From: Carcharhinus longimanus
Lineage: Eukaryota
Reading direction: 5' to 3'
DNA: 61,704 nt
NCBI GenBank assembly: GCA_030264375.1
Contig: JASCQW010000119.1
Span: 6,700,277-6,761,980 of the forward strand
The notes beneath the pieces are model-generated. The model was not told the DNA's origin. It saw nothing but the letters and a program-made list of their open reading frames with translations, and searched no databases. Shown piece after piece: positions 41,301 through 53,100 of the stretch. Position 1 is the stretch's first letter; every line of letters begins with the position of its first letter. The position numbers and the translations under genes are program-made.

Positions 41301-44300
41301 CAATTTAAATTGTTAACTTAACACAGTCTCAATTCCAAAGAAACAATTGTCCACCTAAGATCAACTGACATTTTCAATACAGTTAACAAGCACAACCAGA
41401 TCGATAATATTGATAGATTGTGGAGTAGACTTTCGAATGCTTTTGGCGCATTTTTTTTTTCATTTCAAGTCGCGTAAGTTTAAACTGCTGCTACGTATCT
41501 GATGTCATAATAGCCGAAAGGACTTTCACCCCTTCTGATAAAGTTACTTCAAACTATTTAAGTAAATCAAATTCGGTAATACAACTTGCTTGCCCCGCCT
41601 TCCCAATGCAGCCTTCCAATTGAATAATTTGACTTTATAACCGCAGTGAAGTTGCTAGAATCCACGTGTACTCCTTCGGAACCGTTTGGCCCCAACGAGT
41701 GTGTCCAATTGAGTTGCAATGAAAAACAAAATGTAACCCTCGTAAATCTTTTCCACATTCACTTTTCTTCATGAGGCAAACATATATCCGAGGAAAACTC
41801 ATTTTCGTTGACCATATGTTTGCTTTTTTTTACCAGTTTGATCATTTACAGATTGAAATTTACGTCCGAATCCAAACTTTATTTTACAAACTAATTTGAA
41901 AGCATCGGCCTTTTCGCTGCCGATTCGACAGTGCGCACCATTCATATTTTAAGTTGAGTTTTCTTTATTTGGTGAAGTGATTTTTAGATGCCTCCAAAAA
42001 TAACGGTGTATCATTCCAGATATTTTACGGATCATTCCCACCTATCAATGTCAGTTTATTCATGTGTTCAAAATTTGTGTACGTCTGACGTGGTTCCTCC
42101 CTCAGACTTTTCATATTCAGACTCCAGGTTTCTGGAACTAGTTCATACGCAGTCGTGTTTTATTTTCAAGCTCTTAAGAAGCCTTCTGTCACTTAAGTCA
42201 CAATTTATTTTTTCAACTACTTTGTCAATAGAAATGAAACAGAATTATCTTTCCTTCGCAAAAAACCTTGGAATTTCTTGAATGAATTTAAAACTATCCC
42301 GAATAGGGGTTTGCTGAATCACGTGTTAATTCCTCCTGTGGACAGAAGGGCGATAGAAAATGGTGATTTGTAAAATGCTCTGGGACAATTGGGCAAGAAC
42401 TAAAACGACAGGCTGCAGTTTAAAGACAGAGACAAACAGGCTGCAACCCAGACGAGTGAATATACAGGATATGGATGATCCCCAAGATGAAAGAGACGTC
42501 ATTGTCACACTGGGTTGTTCCATCTCCAGAATAAAAGACTCTTTCTGTTAACACTGGGTTGTGTACCAGTCATAAGGGCTCCATGACCAGTTCTTTAGGG
42601 GGGAGGTATGTGACCTATGTGCCCCGAACAACTACAGACATGGCCGTTGTGGAACACCCGGAGATCGGCGTGACAGTGCGTGATTGGACTTTTATCGATC
42701 ACGGGGATCATGTCCTGATCGAATGATTGGCAATGGCCAAATGGGGCGTGAAACCCAATGGAGTATAAAGAATGCTGCGCAACAAGGACACTCTCTCTCT
42801 CTCTGACCCCAAGAACGAGCTACAACAATGGTGACCATTGCCAGCGACGAGCAGCACGATGAGAGCGACCACACCCGAGAAGAAAGGAAGGGACACCAGA
42901 TCCAGAGTGCCAGGCCACATCGAAGGGCCAGACTGTGCAGAGAATGACTGTTAACGATGTACAGGTAAAGGTCAATATCTGCTTGGGCACTTGTCACTCA
43001 CGCAATTGTAAGTCAAGTTGTGGCATTGGACTTGAATTCTAGTATTTTCTGTAAGATAACATTGTTAGTCGGGTGATTATTAATTGTGTGCGTTTAAATA
43101 AATATTGCTTGTACTAATAAGACCTCTACTCGAAGTTATTTGTCCACCGCATAAGGGTTAAAGCAGACTGCGCGGCAGGCAAAACCCCTCACTTTCATCG
43201 TTACATTTCTCAGCATTGCCATTTTCCTCTAACATCATGTTAGCTACGACTCCCACCAACGTTTTTTGCAGATGCACCTTAGAAAGCATATTTTCTGGTT
43301 GTATCAAGCTTTTCATGACTCCTGTTCTGCCAAAGACCGCAAGGAACTACAAAACTCGTGACTGTAGCCCAAACCATCACGGAAACCAGTCTCCCATCCA
43401 TTTGCTTTGTCAACGCTTTCTGCTGTCTCGGCAAAGCAGCCCGTATACTTAAGGAGCCTACGCCCCTGGACATTCTCTCTTCACCTTCTTCCTTCGGGAA
43501 AAGTATACAAACGTCTGAGGTCACGTCCCAACCGACTCAAGAAACGCTTCTTTCTTGCTGCTGTTAGACTTTTGAGTCAATTGACTTTGCACTAAGTTGA
43601 TCTTTCTCTGCACCCTAGCTATGTAACACTACATCCTGCACTCTCTCGCTAGGATTGCTATGTTGTGTCTGTATAGCGTGCCAGAAACAATACTTTGCAC
43701 TTTAGTTTAATACATGTGACAATGTAAAATCAAATCAAATCAAAATCGAATCAACAACATTTTAAGTACCATTTCCCTCAGTTCAAAACTCCATCTCACT
43801 ATCTTCCTTTTGTTTCTAATTAAGTTGCCTCTTTTTCATATCGAATTGTCGTAAATGTCCATGATTCAGACTAGGTTGCTTGCAATTCAAGGGCTGGTCT
43901 ATCACTAAATTCGTCTATGGATTCCGCGTCCATTCAGTAACAGTTAATTTTCGCTTGCTCGTCAAGTGTAAGCTTGTTTTGCAAAGCACTCAGTGACCTC
44001 CACCACACTCATAAATGCGACAGTCACTTGAACACATATTCTCCAATGTTTTCCTTATCTGGCCTAACCAAATACGACACATGTAAGAAGGAACCAACCT
44101 TTATTCACGCACTGTCTTTGAGTTCAACATTCCAAAAGCAAACTACTTTTCCCGGAAAGAAAGTACAAAAATAACCTACTATTCTGAAGATCGCAACATT
44201 TGTTCTGCACCCATTAGCAAAGCGGAGGGCATTATTAGTTCGGAACCAATTGAAAATCGTCATGAAGATTCATCTAACACTCCTTCAGTGCTGCAAATTC

Positions 44301-47075
44301 TCGCTGCTGAGATTGTGTATTCCTCGCTTATGTCGTGAACTTACAACACAATACTTTCTGACACAATACGGGTTCTGAGCCCAAGTCCAAACTGTTTTAT
44401 CAATTGGTTTATATTCACTCACCCTAACTATCCGAGTTTTTGGCGGAAGGGATACTTCTGTAAACGACATTCGCCTCGCTTCTCAGAATTATTATTGTAC
44501 CTCTAGTTATAGATAGAACAAAATAGTTGCTTCATATCATTTTTGGTGTTTGATTACAGCTTACTTATTCCAATGTCTCCACTGCATGCTTACATGAATG
44601 ACACGTGTACCCCAAAAAGAAAGTTTTTTTTATTATTTGAACATTTGTGGTATTTGCTTTAAAGGATGTATTGTTTTATTCTAAGATCTGAATGTTTCAC
44701 CATTACGTTTGCATGAGCTGTTCATGTAAGTTCGATTTTTTTTTTAGTTAGCATTCAGAAGCATTTCCATGTCCAAAGTCAAGTTAGAATATGCCGAATT
44801 GACTGAATATGTTATCGATTATATTGCTCTGTGAACAGTTGGCTGGTTGGGCCACATTTTCTGTTTTTTTTAAAGAGAGTTATGACCTTGGAATTACATT
44901 AAATTACTTAATTCTAAAAGAGATAATACCAACTCATTTGCCTGGCAGCTCTTTTGCAGCCAACATTACTACTCACCTGTATCATTCAGAAGTTGATTCA
45001 GATCAGCAACATTTTACATGAAGAAAATCGAACAGTGCTTTCGTGCTGAATTTGCAAAGCAGATAAATGCCGATGTAACATTAGAGGCACATCAACAGGC
45101 AAAAGCGTGTCTGGAGACTTGTGAATGTCGTCAAGTAATTGTGCATTTCTCTCGATTTATGTAATCATTTTGATTAACTTCCCACAATCTTTTGCATACA
45201 CTTTATAGTATTGCTTTTCCAGTAGCAATCTGTGTATTTACCTGAAGAGGGAGCAATCATTTATTTTCAGGTAAGTAATGCCTATGCTTTTCTCAGTGAA
45301 CTTACAGAAGAATAGTCATGCACTCACGGCCACTTGTTTTGCAGGCTTTCAGCTCTGAGATTACAAACAATAAGAATTCAAAAGTTATCCGAAAAACAGA
45401 ACAAGTGTTTTCAAGTGTTACTGTGTCTGAGGGAGGCTTTGCTTACCATTTTGACAGGCCTTCAATTTATCTTCTGTAATTGTAGAAACAAAAATAGCAT
45501 TGGGGCAGTGTCATATTATTTCGAGGTAAACAATGAGTTTCAATCCCTGCTTTGCATAGGTCGTTGCATAACCGCTACAATATCAAACAGTATGAGCATT
45601 ACATACAGATGAATAATTTGTCATGCAACACAAGTGCAGTTGTCAACATAAAACATTTCACGACCCTTGTTTAATACTGTACTACGTTGTATCAATAAGA
45701 TGATATTTTCTTTCTTGAAAGGGTGTAATATGATCTTAAATGCCGACATAGCATGTCAGGATAATCCATTAGGCAAATGAAAGAACAACTCAGACTGCAC
45801 AAATTTCGCCGCTACGTATTATCTTGAAATGAATTTTATTAATTCAGGACATTCGTCCTAACCACAAGCACAATATAACCTGCACTACAGGACAAGAAAA
45901 CGTATTGGAAAAGACGCGAAATTATTTCTGACCAAAATCTATACTGAGGTGAAAGAAGGAGAATTATTTAAATTTAACGTTTATCTATAAGTCAAAAATA
46001 GGTTAACATTCGCTCTGCAATTAAGTTACTTTGAAAGTACCCGAATTCAACACTTTGGCACCTGTACGGCTGTATTGATGGATAATTTAAAATGTCCAAT
46101 TCATCTCACCTGCACATTGACAATGGTATGAAACCGGAGGAAATCCATTGAGACACAGGGAACACATGCAAGCTTCGCACCGACAGTGACCAAAGGTTGG
46201 AATCGAACTTGGATACCTGGTGCTTTGAGGCAGCAGTGCTCACCGCTGAGCATAAATGCAGTTCTCTTTTTTTGATATGAAACGTTAAAAGCAAGAATGC
46301 CTACAACATGTAATTGTAAAGGCACTTCTTTTTTTCCTGGTTAAACGCTAGGGTGTTTGTAAAGAAGACAATAACCAACTATGGGATAGTTGTGCAGAGT
46401 AATAACGATTTCATAAGAATTAATATGATTGAAAGGTAAAATCAACAGGCAATTATGGTACAACCAAATTCGCAACATGTCCAAAAGTTAACTGTGAGCT
46501 TATCTACGCACCTGCATCGATGAGGCGCATCAGCAGTTTGTTCCTTTCTGAAAGCGCATACATTATTTTTGAGATTAGAATACATCAACTTTTTGTAACA
46601 CATTGTATTTTATGTTCGTTCACAAAGGAAGGCAGCCAGACTGCCCAAAATTCCGGTGCCGCCTACATGTTCCATAATATTAATGCTTTGTTTGCCAATC
46701 AAGCCGTTTGTGTTCGAAACTCTGTAAATTTAGGCACGTTTTCCTTGGTACAAAAACGCGCTTCATGGACGTGTAAGAGACTCCAGGATGGGACGTGTAT
46801 CAAATGGTGCCAGGTTGCCGGATGTTCTGAATAGGCAGAAAGCATTTTAAAGTTAGAGGCTGAACAACCACAAGTCGTGGTACATATCGGAATTAACGAC
46901 GTAGGGAGGAAGAGTGACTACATACTGTAGCAGCAGTTTACAGGTTTAGAGAGAAAGATGAAAACAGGATCTATATGGTTGTAACCTCAGGATTACTCTC
47001 TGTACCACTTGTCAATGAAGCTAGAAATAGATAAATAGTACAATTCCAGCAGTAGCTAAACAGGTGGCAGGTGGT

Positions 47076-47114
<39 letters not shown>

Positions 47115-50100
47115 GGGGGTTTTTTGGTGGGGGGGAAGCGTTGGGTTCAGATATCTGCGTCACCGGGATCTCTTCTCAGGCATAAGGGACCTGTACAATA
47201 CGAATGTGTTGCATCTAAACTGGAAGGGCATAAACATTCTGGCCGAGAAATTTTCTACTGTGACACTGGAAGATTGAAATTAGTTTGGCAGGGGATGGGA
47301 GCAAAACCAAAGGTGATTTAACTGAAGGGGAACTAGAGAGTAGGGCCAGCGCTGGTAACACTCTGTGAAATATCTAGCAGGGTATGGTTAGCAATTAAAG
47401 AGGGACTTGTGGACTGCAGTACATTTGTTTTAATGCAAGAGTGTCACGGTAATGCAGATGAATTGAGACATTGGATTATTATAGAACATACAACACAGAA
47501 CAGTACAGCTCAGCACAGATCATTCGGACCCCGATGTTGTGCCGAGCTATGCCCAAACCCAAGATTAAGCTATCCCACTCCCTGTCATTATGGTGTGCTC
47601 CATGTGCCTATACAATAACGCTTGAAACTTGTTAAAGTGTCCGACTCCACTATCACAGCAAGGAGTCCATTCCACACACCAACCAATCCCTGAGTAAAGA
47701 ATCTACCACGGGCATCTCTCCTATACCTCCCACCATAAACCATATAGTTATGCCCCCTAGCAACAGTTACATCCACCCGAGGAAATAGTCTCTGAACGCC
47801 CACTCTATCTATCCCCCGACCATCGTATAAACCTCGATTACGTCGCCTCTCATCGTCCACCGTTCTGAAGAGAGAGAGAAAAAAAGACAGCTCCCTTAAC
47901 CGTTTCCAGATAAGGCCTACACTCCAGAACATACAGCATTCTGGTATATCTCATCTGCACTCCCTCCAATGCTTTTATATCCTTCTTACAGTGAGGTGAC
48001 CAGAACTGCACACAGTATTTCAAATGTGGTCTCACCAAGGTCCTCTATAGTTGCAGCATAACTGCATGGCTCTTAAACTCAAACCCACTCTTAATAATCA
48101 CTAACATACTATAAGCCGTCTTCACGGCTCTACCCACTTGAGTGGCAACCTTCAGAGATCTGTGGATATGGACCCCAAGATCTATCTGTTCCTCCACATT
48201 CCTTAGACCAGCCTTTGACCCAGTAATCCTCATTAAAATTGTCCTATCAAAATGAATCACCTCGCACTTGTCAGGGTAAAACTCTATCTGCCAATTTTCT
48301 GCCCAGCTCTGCATCTTATCAATGACTCTTTGAATCCTACAAGAGCCGTCTACCTTATCCACTACTCCACCAATCTTGGTGTCATCAGCAAATCAACTTA
48401 CCCACCAGTTACCCCCCTCTTCCATTCATTGATAAGGATCACTTTTAGCAGAGGACCCAGCTCTGATGCCTATGGTAAATCGTTGGTAACTGGCCTCCAG
48501 TCTGAAAATTTTCCCTCCACAACCACGCTTTGTATTCTATGAGACAGCCAGTTACTTATCCAATCGGCGAAATTTCCTGCTTTCCCACACCTCCTCACTT
48601 TCTTCATGAGCCTACCATGAGTGACCTTATCAAACACCATACTAAAATCCATATATACAACATCAACTGTTCTGCCTTAGTCTGCACATTTAGGTACTTC
48701 CTCAAATAATTCAATCACATTTGTGAGGCAGGACTTAGACCCCTCGCGAAACCGTGCTGATTATCCCACATTAAACTACATCATTCCAAATGGTGATAAA
48801 TCCTATCTCTCAGGGCCCTTTCCATTAACTTACCGACCACTGAAGTAAGACTAACTGTCCTATAATTATCTGGGTCATTCCTATTTCCTTTCTTGAAGAG
48901 TGGAGCAGCATTCACCACTCTGCAGTCTTCTGGCGCAATCCCCGTGGATAGTGAAGACCCAAAGATCAAAGCTAAAGGCTCACATTACTTGCCTCCCCTC
49001 CCCCAAAGTATCTTAGGATGCATCCCATCTGGCCTAGGGGACTTACCGACTCTCAGTTTTTTTTTTCAAAATTACGAACACATCTTCCCTCAGAACATCT
49101 ACCACCTCCATTCTATCAGCCTGTACCACGCACTCATCCTCAAAGCATGGTCACCTTCTTCAGTGAACACTGAGGAAAAGTATTCATTCAACACCTCGGC
49201 TCTCTCTTCTGACTCCATGCACAAGTTCCCACTACTATCATTCACTGAGCCTAACCTCACCCTTGTCATTCTTTTATTTCTCACATAAGAGTAAAAAGTC
49301 TTGTGGTTTTCCTTCAACTGACGCGCCAAGGAATTCCCATGCCCACTTCTAGCTCTCCTAAGCCATTTTAACTCATTCCTAGCTACCACGTAACCCTCAA
49401 GCGACCCAACTGACCCTTGTTCTTTTTTTTCTTCTTCCTTACATACACTTCCTTTTTCCTCTTGGCAAGACAGTCAGCATCGTTTGTGAACCATTCAAGC
49501 TCGCTTGATATTACTTTATTTTATGATGTTGTCGCTACTACAGTGATTTGGTAAAGGGAAGGGTATGATTGGTACCTTAACGTCCAAAGATGCAGATGCT
49601 TCAAGCAGGAGCGATGGGGGTGTCAAACGGTTGGGGAAGTGGCAATACTTGTTCAGGAGGACGTCATTTCTGTACTACGAGATGACACGTCGGAGGGCTC
49701 ATACAACAAAGTAATATGTGTAAAGCTCTGGAATAGGAGGGGTGCAGTCGCAATGTTTGCGGTTTACTATCGGCCACCCAACAGTCAGCAGGAAATAGGG
49801 GAACGGATATGAGGCAGATTTTGGCAAAGTGTAAAAGTAACAGATTTGCCGTTGTGAGAGATATTAAATTCTTCAATGTCGACTGAGACTCAATTAGTGC
49901 TAGAGCCACGGATGAGGCGAAATTGTAAGGAACATCCAGAAGGACTTCCTGAAACAATATGTAGATAGTCCACCTCGGGAACGGACCACATTGGACCTTG
50001 AACTGGGAAATGAGCCCGGCCAAGTAGTCGAGATGTTAATAGAGGAGCAGTTCGGGAAGTATGACCAAAATTCAGTAAGCTTTTATGCACTGATGGATAA

Positions 50101-53100
50101 AGATAAGTCAGTCCTCAAGTGAATGTGTGAAAGTGACAGGCGGCAAAGCAGACCAATATTAGGCAGGAACTGAAGAATGTGGATTGGTGTAGATGCTTGA
50201 GAGCAAATCAACATCTCAGATGAGGGGAGCTTTCAAGTCTATGTTGATAGGGATTCAGTGTAGGCACGCATCTATAAGGATGAAGGAAATATATAACACG
50301 TTTCCAGAATCATGGACAATGAAAGTTATGTGGGACCAGTCAAAGAGAGAAGGAAAGCACCTGTCAAAGCGAAGAGGTGGACAACACAAGAATCAAATAC
50401 AGAATGCAACGGATGTAGAAATGCACTTAAGCAATGATTAAGGAGGACTTAACGGTATCATGAAAAATCATTGGGCACCAGGGACTAAGGAAAATCCCAA
50501 AGATTCTTATACATATATAAATGCAAGAGGGTAGCCAAGAAGAGCGTTGGCCTAAAGAAGGGCATTGGAGGGAATCTATGCATGGAGCCAGAGGAAGTGG
50601 TTGCGCTATCAGATCAGTATTTGGCATCAGTATTCAACAAATCTAATGGCTTGGTGGATGCTGAGTCTGTGCGAGGTTGGGTGGTGAGGTCGGGTTATGT
50701 TAAGATTGAAACGGAGGAGGTACTGAGGTTCTTGAGAAAGATGAAGCTAGACAAGTCCCCAGGGCCTGATACGATATACCCTAGAAACTGAAATACGCAA
50801 GGGACGTAGTTGCGTGGGCCTTGAGAGAACTTCTTGTTTCCTAACTAGCTACAGAGGAAGTCCCTGATGATTGGAGTACAGCCAATGTTGTTCCTTTGCT
50901 GAAGACGGATAGCAGGATAATCCAGGTAAGTAGAGGCCGGCGAAGGTTATGTCAGCATAGGGAAGTAACAGGAGAAGATCCTTCGAGACAGGATTCACTC
51001 CCCCACTTGGAAATAAGTGGACATATGAATGGGAGGCAACATGGTTTTTCGTTGTCTCCTAACTTAATGGAGTTTTTCGAAGAAATGAAGAAGGTGATTG
51101 ATGAGGGTAGAGTAGTGGATGTTGTGGACATGGATATCAGTAACGAGGTTGACAAGATCCCTCATGGCAGACTGGTGCAGATGTAAGGTTGCACAAGATC
51201 TGCGGTGAGCTGCCAAGATGCACATGTAACTCTTTCGTTAATAAAAGAGAGTGGGAACACTTAAGAGTATTGATAGACATAGAGGTGTATTTGCAGAGGT
51301 ACACAGGTCTCTGAAGGTGGAAACACGCATGACTAAGGTAGTCAATGAAGCATACGACATGCTTGTCTTCATTGGCCGGGATATTGAGATCAAAACTTGG
51401 CAACTCATGTTACGGCTTTATATGAACTCATTTTGGCTGCACTTGGAATGTAGTGTTGAATTCGGCTCGCCAAACTACCAGAAGGATATGGAGGCTTTTG
51501 ATAGGGTTCGGAAAATACATACCAGCATGTTCCCCAGTATGGAGGGCATCAGCTATGGGGAGATGTCAGGATAAATTGGTTTGTTCTATGACGACGAGGG
51601 TTGTGTGGCTGCCTGATAGATTGGGTAGTCAGAAGTTTTTTTGACCGGGTGGAAGAGTCAATTACAGGAAGGAGGGGTGGGGAATGGGGTGGGGGGGGGG
51701 TGCAATGGTTTAAAGTGCGAGGGGCAAGGTTTAAATGAGATTTATGAGGCAAGTTGTTTACACAGAGGCTGGCGGATACCTGGAATTCGCTGCTGGGGGA
51801 AGCGGTGGGAACAGATGTGGTAGTGAATGTTAAAGGGCGTCCTGACAAAAACATGAATCGGATGGGAATAGAGGGATATGTTCTCCGGGACGAGACCGGT
51901 TTTCTGATAGGCAGCATGATTGTTGCAGGCGCGGGAGGCCGAACGCTGCAATTTTCTTTGTTCTCTGTTCTTCGTTCTTTGACTCACGGCACCAGAGAAA
52001 AACATCTACAGGTTGACAGCATGTTGAAGGTCATTGACATATTCGGCTGCATAGAGAGAAAAAAAAAACAAAGCAGTCAGATTTTCCTGCTCTCATTTTC
52101 AGCTCTGAATGTCATTTCACTTCTGTGGCATTTGCCTGCCTTCAATCAATGTCATAAGGATTTCCGTCTCACAAAACATGAACATGTTTTTAACAGCTTT
52201 GACAAAAGGGTCATCTGAATTCGAAAGGTGAGTTTTTTTTTCTCTTTATAGACGCTGCCAGACCTGTTGGGATTTTCCATCATTTCTCGTTAGGACTCAT
52301 ATTCCAGCATCCGCACTAATTTGCTTGTATAGCGTGTTTTTGATTATTTCTATACACAGAGAAATATTGTCCTCCAAGGTCAAACCAGCTCGTCAATAAT
52401 ATCACGAATATTTGTTGGCAAGTATATTGAAAACATCGGTCGCATTTTTGGAATGCATTTTTGGAAAGCTCAGACCTTTGCTCTGAGCACTGGGGACTTA
52501 AGGTAAGGGGAGATCAGAATATTTTAAACAAAATTTACTTTAGAATTAAATTGTTGTTCTTTAGTCTAAAATATTTTGCTGGCAAATTGTTTAATTTACG
52601 AACTGCTGGTGGAAAAAAAGACCCTTTAGATCCAAGTTGGAAACCAAGACCCCTCAGTGGACTTGCCAGCTGATTGATTTGGAGGAGTTGTGAGACCGGT
52701 CCAGACTACTTTATTTAGACATGGGAAACAAAGACTAAATAACATGATTGCGAGCGCCCTTTCACGGAACACATACTTTCTCTGAGTGCGTGGGGGGCAA
52801 GGTAAATGTGGGAGTTGAGAGAAGTCGGAGAGACACTCTTGTTTTGTCCTGTCTTTTTTGTTGTGTACACGGTTCAGTAGGAAGAGTTGCAGGTCACGGC
52901 AGAAGGGGAAAACATATTTCTGTCATATCATATTTCAACGGTATTTAATTTAGCAACGGAATAAAATAAAACGAAGTCATTAATGTAAATATGCTGGTCC
53001 ATGCTGCACTGTCGCAGCATCATGTGAGAGGTGATGGACCCCATTGTGGTTCCAAGGGATCACATCTGCAGCCAGAGTTGGTTGCTGGAAGAACGCCGGA

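Larger units (their letters stand above)
46720..51975 (+). mobile_element. Long CR1 LINE (ORF1 esterase end, endonuclease, RT with internal deletion, 3' UTR) split by a nested antisense CR1
   Basis: VVVHIGIND remnant near 46875; the endonuclease start breaks at about 47478 and resumes at about 49500; [27 protein letters not shown] motifs. Confidence 0.9.
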
